NCBI GenBank assembly: GCA_964521295.1
Contig: CAZFRF010000001.1
Location: 774,738-838,737, forward strand
Source: an uncultured Gammaproteobacteria bacterium
GTDB taxonomy: Bacteria > Patescibacteriota > Microgenomatia > Levybacterales > UBA12049
Reading direction: 5' to 3'
Length of the DNA: 64,000 nucleotides
The position numbers and the translations under genes were made by a program. Below, piece after piece: positions 48,874-58,264 of this stretch; the stretch's first letter is position 1; each line of letters opens with the position of its first letter. Under the pieces are notes generated by a model. It was not told where the DNA came from, made no database searches, and saw nothing but the letters and a program-made list of their open reading frames with translations.

Positions 48874-51708
48874 CTAGGACGTTAATTTTCTGCGTTTGTG
48901 AAGAATCCATAAAAATAAATTAAATAACGATACAAGAATAAAGGGTAGAGTCTTTATTCCAAAATTAGAAATAAATAATAATTCAAAAAATAAAGACAAA
49001 AGCAGTAGGGTTTCAAAAGAGATGCCAATGGTCGAGCATATAAAATTGACTACTTTATCTTTGACTTTGTTTTCCCAGTTGTCTTCTTCAATTGTTATTT
49101 TTAAGGCTACATCAGTTTTTTCTTCATACGGAATTTGAGATGTAGATTTATAGCCTTTTTTCATAACCATTAAACTATATTGGCCTAGCCCTTTTTTGAA
49201 GAAAAATTCTCCTTTACCATTTGTCTTGGTACTGGCTATTATTTGCTCAGATGTTGTATCGGTAAGATAGATATTGGCTAGGGGTATGATTTTGCCATTC
49301 GTATCAACAATTACTCCATTAATATACTTCTTATTTCTTTCTCTGTGATTAATTAAATAGAAAAAATATGTAACAAATGTAGATAGGGGGATGTGATGTT
49401 TTTGTGAAAAAGCGAAAAGAGTAATTGTTATAAAAGAAGCTAAAATAACTGTCGCAATCAGATCGAAAAATCTTAAAGAAATATTAAGTATAGAGATATA
49501 TTGAACAGTGCTTTTTAGGAAAACATCGTTGAAGCTGTTGTAGAAATATTTAAGCATGGAAACAATGCTTAATGGATGGCGCTCTAATGTAATTATTGGA
49601 TAATTTGTTTGATCATTATCAGAGATAGTAAAAATTACATTTTTTTCATTATATCCAATGTTGGTAACAGTTGCTTTATATTTTCCCTTGGGTAAAACAA
49701 AATCTAAGTAACCATTGTGGTCACTAAATCCTGGATTAGTGATATTTAGACTGCTTGATACCAGAGGAATAAAGATTCTTTGTTTATCGTTATAAATATA
49801 AAGCATGACCCTTGCGCCTTCAATTGGCTCATCTGTGTTAGATTTTTCTACAACAGTTAAGGGGTTGGTGACTGCAAGTCCAGTTAATTTTCGTTCTGTT
49901 AGGTTGCCGTTTTCATCTTCATAGCTAAGAATTAGGTCATATGATCCTGGTTCAACATTAGACTTAATCGTAGCTGTAAATACACCAGGTTTAATTTCAA
50001 TTAAAGAAACATTATTACTGGCTACCTCATCCTCAATTTTAAAATTGTTAAAGCCTAAAACTTGCCTACTATTTTTTAATTTAGCTTTTTTGCGAACAAT
50101 TAATTTAGCTTTTTTGATTACTTGGTCTGATTTGAAGGAAAACTTTAATTGTAAATTAGTACTTGCAGGAATAACTACAAATTCTTCTTTTTTAGCATTA
50201 GAATCATTGCTGTCTACATTAGTTGTGTCATAGATGATGTTGTTTTTACTTGTAACAACAATACTATTCTCGTTAATTACATTGGGTGGAGCGCTAGCTG
50301 TGGTAAAAGTGAAAATATCAGAATTTATTGTTTTGCCGCTTTTTGTTAAGGCTTTAACGATAAAGAAATATTGCGTAGCGGAATCTAAGTTATTAAGTGT
50401 AAGAGATTGTTTAGTTTTATATTCATTTGCAGAAAAAGTCTTGCTTAGACTATTGACGTTTGTGCCGTAATTAATAGTTAACTTGCTATTGTTTAATGTT
50501 TCAGCATAGATTACTGCTGAATTTTGAGAAATAGATCTTATCTCCAAAACATTAAATACATTGGTTGGTTTTGGGGTGGGGGTGAGGCTTGGAGTTAGGG
50601 TTAAGGTCGGAGTGAGTGTGGTTGTTGATTGAGGTGAGTTGGTGGGTGTAGAAGTTGGCCCGGAAGTTGGTGTAGGGGTAGGATTAAGATTGGAATCATA
50701 AAGATAGTCTTGGCTTACATTTGAGTCTGGGGTGACAGTAGTATTAGCTGTGGCTTTCGCTGAGACGGTGAAGTTAACGGGTAAAGAGCCTGTATATGAA
50801 TCATTAGTTTTTAATTTAAAAGTAAGAAGATTATTAGATGAATTAGCTGGAAAACTAGAATATGTCCAGGTAATTTTATTATGTACAATATCTATAACAG
50901 GAGAGACTCCATTAATTCCGTTGTCTGCGCTGCCTGTTACGTAATCTACGATTTCAACAGATGGGGATGAATTACCCTGAATAGTGCCCTGACTCCAGTT
51001 AGCCTCAAATGTAATAGGGAAAACACTGTTTAGATAAGAGCCATAATTAAGCTTATATGTTAAGGTTTTGTTCTGGGAAAATTGAGTACCCGTGTCAACT
51101 GAGGATAATTCTACTTGCAAGTCTGAAGTATGAGGATCTACTGAAGCTGTAACGTTAATATTGTCGTTATTTACTATTGAAAGAGCATAGCTACTTAAAT
51201 CTACGGTTACATTTGAGCTATTTTTAGTAAAAATAGTGCCTTGTTTATCATTGCCAACATTTCCTGTTGTAGATGATGTACCTTTAAAATTAAAACAATA
51301 AAGAGTATTGCTTGTTAAATCACTTCCATTAAAAGTAACTCCTTGGTTGGAAACGTTTGAGGCTGTTGAGCTAATTCCTGGCCATGGAGTAGAGCCTGTG
51401 GGTAGATTAGTCGTGCTTGTTGTCCAGTTAGACGTAGTTTGAGAAATTGTAAAATCTGATGGAAAGGCAATTACTACTTTTGCTTCTGTGTCTTTTGCTG
51501 CTGATGAAGGCTGAACGCAAGCAGTGCCAGACAAGGAAGTATTAGGTTTTTGGGAATCTAGTCTAATATACGCATTGCTAAAAACAGAAGCAAAGGAAAT
51601 AGAGGGAAGGAATAATAAAATAATAATACCTAAAAGAAGGGTAAGCTTTTTTTGCATATTTATATTTACTCTACATAATTTTTTGCCTTCTAGCAATGCT
51701 TGACACAA
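48874..51708 (-). CDS. large surface protein: surface-paralog N-domain, Pro/Thr linker, Ig/FN3-like and two CarbopepD_reg-like domains interleaved with TM segments (likely start ATG 51657)
   Basis: N-domain paralogous to 37194..38312 ('GTACxxxS...TSNWTxxTTNLPT...LYCFNF'); linker 'PTPTPTSGPTSTPTNSPQSTTTLTPTLTLTPSLTPTPKPT'; 'GARVMLYIY...KGKYKATVTNIGY' and 'GVIVDTNGK...GQYSLMVMKKGY'. Confidence 0.65.
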   Translation of the reverse strand: MCQALLEGKKLCRVNINMQKKLTLLLGIIILLFLPSISFASVFSNAYIRLDSQKPNTSLSGTACVQPSSAAKDTEAKVVIAFPSDFTISQTTSNWTTSTTNLPTGSTPWPGISSTASNVSNQGVTFNGSDLTSNTLYCFNFKGTSSTTGNVGNDKQGTIFTKNSSNVTVDLSSYALSIVNNDNINVTASVDPHTSDLQVELSSVDTGTQFSQNKTLTYKLNYGSYLNSVFPITFEANWSQGTIQGNSSPSVEIVDYVTGSADNGINGVSPVIDIVHNKITWTYSSFPANSSNNLLTFKLKTNDSYTGSLPVNFTVSAKATANTTVTPDSNVSQDYLYDSNLNPTPTPTSGPTSTPTNSPQSTTTLTPTLTLTPSLTPTPKPTNVFNVLEIRSISQNSAVIYAETLNNSKLTINYGTNVNSLSKTFSANEYKTKQSLTLNNLDSATQYFFIVKALTKSGKTINSDIFTFTTASAPPNVINENSIVVTSKNNIIYDTTNVDSNDSNAKKEEFVVIPASTNLQLKFSFKSDQVIKKAKLIVRKKAKLKNSRQVLGFNNFKIEDEVASNNVSLIEIKPGVFTATIKSNVEPGSYDLILSYEDENGNLTERKLTGLAVTNPLTVVEKSNTDEPIEGARVMLYIYNDKQRIFIPLVSSSLNITNPGFSDHNGYLDFVLPKGKYKATVTNIGYNEKNVIFTISDNDQTNYPIITLERHPLSIVSMLKYFYNSFNDVFLKSTVQYISILNISLRFFDLIATVILASFITITLFAFSQKHHIPLSTFVTYFFYLINHRERNKKYINGVIVDTNGKIIPLANIYLTDTTSEQIIASTKTNGKGEFFFKKGLGQYSLMVMKKGYKSTSQIPYEEKTDVALKITIEEDNWENKVKDKVVNFICSTIGISFETLLLLSLFFELLFISNFGIKTLPFILVSLFNLFLWILHKRRKLTS

Positions 51709-51735
51709 AAGTAGAGTTTTAATTAAGATAAATTA

Positions 51736-52494
51736 GTGAAACTAAAATTAGATATTAAAAAAGTAAAAGAATCTGCGATTAAAAATAAGCCTATTACAAT
51801 CGTAATTTCAATAATAGTTTTAGGTGCCTTATTAGTATCATTGTTTTTTTATTTTCAATATAGAAAAACACAAAGTTTATTAAATAATCCTACTCAACAA
51901 GCAGAGCTTGAGGCTGAGAAATTGGTAGTTCAGGTAGGAAAGTTAATTGATCTTCCTAAGAATGAAAAGCCTACAGTATTAACTGTTTCCGATGTAACAA
52001 AACTACTTGATCAACCTTTTTTTGCTAATGCTAAAAATGGTGATAGGGTACTTATCTACACTTTAGCAAACAAAGAAATATTGTTTAGACAAAGTGAAAA
52101 TAAAATTATTGAGGTTGCGCATGTTAATTTAAATTTAGATCAGCCAACTCCTACTTCTGCTTCAACTAATCCAGTAGCGAAACCAACTTCAATCGAAGAT
52201 CAATCTGAAGAGGAATATAGCGTGCAAGTTTTAAATGGAACTTTGACTGTTGGTTTTGCTACTTCAACTCAAAAACAAATTGAATCTAGTCTTCCTAATT
52301 ATAAAGTTGTTGCTAAAGGGGATGCCGCTAAAAACGGTTATTCACAGACAATAGTTGTTAATGTATCTGGAGCAAGTAAAACTGCAGCTGAAAAGCTTGC
52401 AGGGCTTTTAAATGCTAAGGTAGAAAGCTTACCCGAAGAAGAAAATGCAAAGAGTGGAGTAGACTTTTTAGTTATACTTGGCTCTTCAAACTAA
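51736..52494 (+). CDS. LytR_C (LytR/CpsA/Psr C-terminal) domain protein with N-terminal TM
   Basis: 'SVQVLNGTLTVGFATSTQKQIES...VNVSGASKTAAEKLAGLLNAKV' LytR_C pattern. Confidence 0.55.
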   Translation: MKLKLDIKKVKESAIKNKPITIVISIIVLGALLVSLFFYFQYRKTQSLLNNPTQQAELEAEKLVVQVGKLIDLPKNEKPTVLTVSDVTKLLDQPFFANAKNGDRVLIYTLANKEILFRQSENKIIEVAHVNLNLDQPTPTSASTNPVAKPTSIEDQSEEEYSVQVLNGTLTVGFATSTQKQIESSLPNYKVVAKGDAAKNGYSQTIVVNVSGASKTAAEKLAGLLNAKVESLPEEENAKSGVDFLVILGSSN

Positions 52495-52497
52495 AAA

Positions 52498-52536
52498 GGA
52501 GATACGATAACCTGCCCAATCATCGTATCTCCATTA
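52498..52536 (-). terminator. hairpin 'ggagatacgat...atcgtatctcc' with T-run on minus strand (A-run on plus)
   Basis: 11-bp perfect stem 52502-52512/52526-52536; 'taaaaa' 5' on plus = 'ttttta' 3' on minus. Confidence 0.4.
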
Positions 52537-53107
52537 TAGCTTCCAAATACTGATCTAAAAATATCAATCAATATCAATTAAATCGTTTAGTTTTAGCTTC
52601 GTCATTTTTCCTTGACAACCCTTTATTTTTTTGCTAAAACTTCTCAATAGGTAATTAGTTTTATTTCCTGCCTAAAGGACTAATTGCCCTTTTTCCAAGA
52701 GCATTGCTTATCGTACAAAAGAAGTTATCTAAATCCTAGTAACGAAAGCGATGCTCTTTTTTTGAGCTTTAAAGTAATACCACAGGTATTCTTATCCCTT
52801 TTTCCAGCAATTTTTTAAATTGCTCTGCGCCTTGTCTTACCAAGGCATCTTGTTTGTAATCAGAAATCGATTTAACAGTTCTCCTGGCTTCTTTTGTAAA
52901 AAGGTTCAATTTCATGATTAATAGAATTTTAGCATACGTTGTCAAGGGTGTCAAACCTATAGCAAAATATACACAAAAAACCCTATACCCTATAATAAAA
53001 TGTGGATGGTTTTGGATTGATATATCAAGCTAATTAAAATAGTTAAAAAATATGTGGATAACTTTTGGATAAGTACAATGAGGGTTTTAATATCTTGTGC
53101 CTTATGC

Positions 53108-56100
53108 TTATTTACTTTTTCTAATATGTTTTAGAGTTACGAAAGAAAGGGTGATTATTAATAAACCAAACCCTAATAGCTCTAAGTATTGAGGTAAGAA
53201 AATAATTACTATTTGCTTATTGCCTTGAGTGATCCAGCCATTAGACCAGTTGTTTACCATTACATGTTCCAGTTCTTTTGTAATAAAAGGAGAGAGTAAG
53301 GATTTTAAGGCACAGCTAAGTTGAGAGCTACAATTAATAGGATAAGCTTTGAAGCCTTTTTCGAATGAGTAATTTAAATTAAGAATAAATGCCTTACCGT
53401 TTGTATTAATCAAATACATACTTGGACTTAACTCAGAATAGTTGGTAATATTGCCACTAAAATTTGTAACATTGGTATTATTAATCTCTTCTAAATTATT
53501 CAACATTTCGTAAGGAATAGGGACAAATTCAATTGATTTGAGATAATTAGTTGATTTAGTTCCTTTAATTCCGTTTGCTTCAATGTTTAAGTCATAGCCA
53601 ATTCCTTCCTTTTCTGTGGCTGGGATTATGAATAGGTTTTTGGTAAATTCTTTTGCATTAGTTAAGCTTGTATAGATATCACATCTTCTAGTTGTATAGT
53701 TAGTTAAACAAATATTTAAAGGTAATCCATTTGCGTTTTTAGCTTCGATGATTAGTAAGTAGGCTGATTGATGGTTTAAATTAGGATAGGAGAAGTGATC
53801 ACAGAAAAGCCCAAGGCTTGTATCATATTTAATTTGCTTGACTCCATTTATTGTTTCAAGAGTTTTAGAAGCAATATTATTTTTGCCTTGACAGTCATTG
53901 GTTAATTTATCTATTGCTAAAATATCAAAGCCAGGATTGATAGCGTTGCTTAGCGGGACATAGATCTTATTAAAGCTAAGTTCAGAGTTGATTTGCTCTT
54001 GGTTTATTAAGCTATTAGGTATATTAATATCTCCCAAAGATTTGGAGTATGAAGCTGCAAAATTTTGGAGAGTTAATTTTTGAGGTTTGTTCTCGTTTTC
54101 GAAAAAGATTTTAATTGCTCTTGTATTGGAGTTTTTAGCATTCAAAGGGATACTAAAGGTATAAGTGGTGTTGTTTTTATTTGGATTTAAATAATAAATA
54201 CACTTTGAAGTCTCTTGGCTAAATAGACAAGCGTTAACCTTAGCCTTGGTTTGAGTATCAAAGGAAAAATTAGTTAGGATATTAAGATCTTTGGTTTCTT
54301 CAGGAAAAAAGCCATAGGGGACAAGCATGCAGATATCTTCTTGAGCACTTATTTTGATTTGACTAGGGCTAAAAATAGCACTAAGAGATGATTTGTCCTT
54401 ACAGCCCGAGAAGAAAGGATTTAATTGAACTTGAATATTAGTAAGAGGAATAAAGCCACTTTTGTCAAAAATTGAGATTGTATTGCCTGAGTTTTTTAAA
54501 CTTATTTTGTCTAAGGCAACTGGAGTATCTGTAGGTAGGTTATTTAGTTCAAAGACTTGGTTCTCGTTAATACTAAGTAATAGATCAGAAGATAGTTCCT
54601 TGGTCTCCACAGAGCTTCTGATTGGGGTAGTAAGCGAAGAGTTGTCAAAGATAGGAGAAATTGGGTATAGAGCAACATTAAGATTATCAGTTTTCTTTTC
54701 AATGATTAAATTTGCAAATAGATTGTCTTGCTTACTGATGAGATTATTTGTAGGAATTGTTAAATTCGTCTGCGGAGTGAAGGTGATGGTTTCATTGTTT
54801 GCAGAAATAAGTTGCGGGTTTGCCTTAGATTGATTATTAAGTAAATTTCTAAAAGGAAAGTTAATACTGTGAAGATTAAAATTATCTCGAGCAATAATGT
54901 AGTCGCCAAAACTTGCATATGCAGAATCAATATAGGTGGTTGAATACTCAGGGCTAATATTTAAATTCGTGCCAATTTTTCTAATCAATTCAGGATTAGT
55001 TTTTAAAGTAAATAAAGTGATTTTGCCAAAATCTTGCCTGGCTTTAATCAATCCCGTTTCTTGTAACAGTTCTTCAGACTCGGAAAAATATAGAGATGAG
55101 TCTTCGTGCTCAGGGTCGATAACGCTTCGATCAAGTAGAATAAAACCTATTTGATACTTTTCAATCGTGTTTTGTAAAAGGGTTGAATTTTTTGAGTAGA
55201 TTGCGTATGACATTTCTCTAAAATATGATTCATTTTTAGGATTCCAACGATCAAAATCTCTATCTAAGAGTGGTTGTTTTATACCAAAATATAAAAAGCC
55301 TGCTCCTTGGAAGCTTGGTTGATTGTTCCAATTATAGTAGACCCATCCCCAAGGTGAGCTAATGGGTAAGTTGGCTACTTTTAAATTAGAATTTTGAGTA
55401 TTTAGGTAAGTAAATAATTGAAAATATTCAGTAGGAATATTTACTCTAACGAGTTTGTTGATTAGATTTCCATTGAAAGAGGGAAGATTATAGATAGCTA
55501 GGATTATAAATACTATAAAGGTAAAGATATAGGCGCTCTGTTCAGAAACCTTACTTATTATCAGCTTGCAGGCAAAGGCAAAGAAAATTGCAATTAAAAA
55601 GATATGAATGTTTAAGATCTTGTCTTGCGGAAATCTCAAGGCTTCCTGAAAAAAGGGTATGTGGTTTTGGAAAAAGTTAAATAACGGTGTAAATGGAAAA
55701 TTTGCATTTACAAAGAAAAACAGCGAAATAATAAATAGGATTAAAAAAGGCAATGCTTCCTTTGCTTTGGTTTTAGCAAAATAAATGAGTCCGGCAATAC
55801 TTACAAAGCCAAAAGTGTAACCAAAAACTAGAATAGGGAAGTTTTTTAGATAGTTAATATAGAAGCTGAGAAGATCAATGAATTGACCCCCGCCTTTGTA
55901 GATGCTCCAATCAAAGTAGAAATTTTTTAATAAAAGTACAGAGCTTAAATTGCCAAATTCCTTATTTTTAAGGAAAGCTTGCTCTGAGAAGAGAAGGTTA
56001 ATATTTGCATTTTGCACTTCTTTAGCATGATTGAGGACAAAGTATAAATTAGGTACTAGCCAAAAAGAGTTAATTAGAAGTGTAATAAAGATTAAAGACA

Positions 56101-56755
56101 GGGCTTGTTTTAAATGTTTTTTAAGAATTAAAGATCGAGATAAAACATAGACGATAAAGCAAAGAAAAAACACGTACCAAAGTGTCGCCGCATATGCAGA
56201 TGGACTGTTAAATAAGGTCAATATTGCAAATAGAAGTAAATTTTTTGTTCTATTTTCTGAATCTAGAAAATTAGTTGCAAAAAGAAAAATAAAGGGTAAA
56301 GTTGCAAAAAGAGTAGTAAACATCTCAAAAGGAACGTTAAAGATTTGCAATGTTCCATAGTTTAATAGATAGAATAGTCCTCCCAGAAATGCTGCTAATT
56401 TATTTTTTAATAAATGTTTTTCTAAAAATAAATACATTCCAATTGGTCCGAGTATTAAATTTAGAAAAATATATGAATAGCGAAGTAAGGATTCGGGAAG
56501 AATGAAATGCTCTAGGTAGAGAAGAAAGATTCTGGGTAAATCAGCCATGTGGGAATGAGCGGTGACCGCACCTAGGCCTTGCTCTGGTCTAAATACTCCA
56601 AAAATTGTTCTTTGGAAATTTAAATTAAAGTTAAATTCTGGGTGGAGGGTATCCCAGCCTGAAAGAAAAGTATTGGGAGTGTAATTTAAAATAGATAACA
56701 AGGTTGAAATTAAGAATAGAAAAAGAATAGGCCAGTATTTTTTAAAGAGGTTCAT
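53108..56755 (-). CDS. large (~1215 aa) polytopic membrane protein, YfhO/GT-C-like N-terminal TM region + large extracytoplasmic Asn-rich C-terminal domain (track start 56818 alternative)
   Basis: ~14 TM in first 480 aa, then soluble domain, final TM; start set at ATG 56755 (MNLFKKYW) 8 nt after GT2 stop rather than 56-nt overlap. Confidence 0.5.
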   Translation of the reverse strand: MNLFKKYWPILFLFLISTLLSILNYTPNTFLSGWDTLHPEFNFNLNFQRTIFGVFRPEQGLGAVTAHSHMADLPRIFLLYLEHFILPESLLRYSYIFLNLILGPIGMYLFLEKHLLKNKLAAFLGGLFYLLNYGTLQIFNVPFEMFTTLFATLPFIFLFATNFLDSENRTKNLLLFAILTLFNSPSAYAATLWYVFFLCFIVYVLSRSLILKKHLKQALSLIFITLLINSFWLVPNLYFVLNHAKEVQNANINLLFSEQAFLKNKEFGNLSSVLLLKNFYFDWSIYKGGGQFIDLLSFYINYLKNFPILVFGYTFGFVSIAGLIYFAKTKAKEALPFLILFIISLFFFVNANFPFTPLFNFFQNHIPFFQEALRFPQDKILNIHIFLIAIFFAFACKLIISKVSEQSAYIFTFIVFIILAIYNLPSFNGNLINKLVRVNIPTEYFQLFTYLNTQNSNLKVANLPISSPWGWVYYNWNNQPSFQGAGFLYFGIKQPLLDRDFDRWNPKNESYFREMSYAIYSKNSTLLQNTIEKYQIGFILLDRSVIDPEHEDSSLYFSESEELLQETGLIKARQDFGKITLFTLKTNPELIRKIGTNLNISPEYSTTYIDSAYASFGDYIIARDNFNLHSINFPFRNLLNNQSKANPQLISANNETITFTPQTNLTIPTNNLISKQDNLFANLIIEKKTDNLNVALYPISPIFDNSSLTTPIRSSVETKELSSDLLLSINENQVFELNNLPTDTPVALDKISLKNSGNTISIFDKSGFIPLTNIQVQLNPFFSGCKDKSSLSAIFSPSQIKISAQEDICMLVPYGFFPEETKDLNILTNFSFDTQTKAKVNACLFSQETSKCIYYLNPNKNNTTYTFSIPLNAKNSNTRAIKIFFENENKPQKLTLQNFAASYSKSLGDINIPNSLINQEQINSELSFNKIYVPLSNAINPGFDILAIDKLTNDCQGKNNIASKTLETINGVKQIKYDTSLGLFCDHFSYPNLNHQSAYLLIIEAKNANGLPLNICLTNYTTRRCDIYTSLTNAKEFTKNLFIIPATEKEGIGYDLNIEANGIKGTKSTNYLKSIEFVPIPYEMLNNLEEINNTNVTNFSGNITNYSELSPSMYLINTNGKAFILNLNYSFEKGFKAYPINCSSQLSCALKSLLSPFITKELEHVMVNNWSNGWITQGNKQIVIIFLPQYLELLGFGLLIITLSFVTLKHIRKSK

Positions 56756-56762
56756 ATTTTTA

Positions 56763-57524
56763 TTATACAGATTTAATGATTGGAGATAAAAAGGAGCGGA
56801 TAGGAGCTTGGTAGTCATATAGAGTTTTTGACTTTACTAAAAGCTTGAAAAGAGAAAAGATGTTTTTTCTTAAATCTACTACATAATTTTGTGGGTGATT
56901 TCTATGTAAGTGTAAATTATCAGCTAAATTTGCTAATTTTCCATAAGACATAATTTTAAGGAAGATGTCGCTATAGATAAAAGGATCAGAACTAATATTA
57001 AACTTTAACACGTCTTTAGGAAGCATTAATTTATTGATAAGCATGGTTTCAAATTGCATTGTAATTCCATGAAGAGGATTTTTATAAATTTCTTCGCTTA
57101 GGGTAGGGAACTGACTGGTTTTAATTTTCTTTCCATTTGCATCTATAAATGTACATTGAGATCCAACAGCAACTATGTCAGGATTTTGAGTCAAGAATTT
57201 ATATTGCTTTGCGAGCCTAGTTAGTTTTGATATGTCATCTGTGCTCATAAAGGCAATAAAATCACCCTTAGTTTTTTTAATAAGCCTATTTAGAGTGACA
57301 GCAATACCATATCTTTTAACATTTTTGTAAATTCTGAGTCTTTTATCTATTTTTTTGAATTGTCTTAAGATAGACATGGATTTATCTGAGGAGAAATCAT
57401 CAATAGCAATAACTTCAAGGTTTTTATATGTTTGGTTTAGAATACTAGATAGAGAGTCTGCGAGGGTTTCTGCAGCGTTATGGACAGGAAGAATAACTGT
57501 AATTAATGGTTTTTCTTTTTTCAT
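56763..57524 (-). CDS. family 2 glycosyltransferase
   Basis: 'LITVILPVHNAAETLADSLSSILNQTYKNLEVIAIDDFSSDKS' GT2 DxD-containing N-domain. Confidence 0.8.
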   Translation of the reverse strand: MKKEKPLITVILPVHNAAETLADSLSSILNQTYKNLEVIAIDDFSSDKSMSILRQFKKIDKRLRIYKNVKRYGIAVTLNRLIKKTKGDFIAFMSTDDISKLTRLAKQYKFLTQNPDIVAVGSQCTFIDANGKKIKTSQFPTLSEEIYKNPLHGITMQFETMLINKLMLPKDVLKFNISSDPFIYSDIFLKIMSYGKLANLADNLHLHRNHPQNYVVDLRKNIFSLFKLLVKSKTLYDYQAPIRSFLSPIIKSV

Positions 57525-57707
57525 TTAATACCTTGCAGGTAGCTTAGTACGTGGTTAAATATGGACAAATAATTAACCGATAAATTCTAGGTAGAGTATA
57601 GCAATTTTAGAGGCAAAAGTCAAGTTTAGAGGGATATTTTTAGCCTCAAAAATCAAATTTTAGGCACAAAAAATCCCTTATAAAAAATAAGGGATTTTAA
57701 GTATATT

Positions 57708-58166
57708 TTAACTTTTTAAAGCTGGTGCGAAAACCGTGCTTACGCTAAAGTTTGGATCACTTTTATGATCTTTTCTCATAGCTCTCATAGCACTTCCAAT
57801 TGCTTTATTAATAGCATCTTCCTTGATCTTGCAAGGTTCTACGATTACGCTGACTGGGTAGTCTGCATAAACTTCATTAGCTCTTACTTTGCCGTTGATT
57901 CTTACGCCAACTGATCCTGTATGTTCGTTATCGTCAAATAGTTGTCTACCGTTTAGGTGTCCATCTCCGTTTACAAGCACCATTTTAGCTGTAACTCTTA
58001 ACGTATCACCTTGTTGTAGGGCAATAGGTTTTGCTTTATCAGTACAATGTGCTCTTACTAAGGCTCCGTCAGCTTCAGTAATCATAGGAGTTCCGCCTAA
58101 TACAACTGCTGCTCCAAGAGTTGCTGCTCCGATTCTTCTTCTATTTCCTTCTAAAAAATTTCTCAT
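57708..58166 (-). CDS. secreted hypothetical protein (152 aa from ATG 58166), shares C-terminal domain with 59544..60716 product
   Basis: Perfect SD 'AAAGGAGGTGAAAAT' upstream of MRNFLEG; signal 'GNRRRIGAATLGAAVVLGG'; GC-elevated. Confidence 0.5.
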   Translation of the reverse strand: MRNFLEGNRRRIGAATLGAAVVLGGTPMITEADGALVRAHCTDKAKPIALQQGDTLRVTAKMVLVNGDGHLNGRQLFDDNEHTGSVGVRINGKVRANEVYADYPVSVIVEPCKIKEDAINKAIGSAMRAMRKDHKSDPNFSVSTVFAPALKS

Positions 58167-58264
58167 ATTTTCACCTCCTTTATATATAGGATTTAAATTC
58201 AATTGAAGCTCAAAGTTTAACAATATTTGAGGCTGAAGTCAAGCTCAGCAACATAAAAATAAAG

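Noticed and set aside
50560-50700. Possible tandem repeat or CRISPR-like periodicity in 'ggtgagg/ggtgggg/ttggtgt' runs
   Set aside because: This is the antisense of the Pro/Thr linker (PTPTPT...) of the 944-aa surface protein. It is low-complexity coding sequence, not a CRISPR array, and there are no spacers or a leader.
33536-52494. Whole 19-kb surface locus as a prophage or integrative element
   Set aside because: No integrase, recombinase, terminase or portal was seen. The only mobile-like signals are the excisionase-type HTH and phage-fibre-like architecture of the giant protein, which is insufficient to call a prophage.
52555-52585. Short direct repeat 'aatatcaatcaatatcaat'
   Set aside because: It is too short and AT-rich to distinguish from chance; no second copy elsewhere suggests an att site or IS end.
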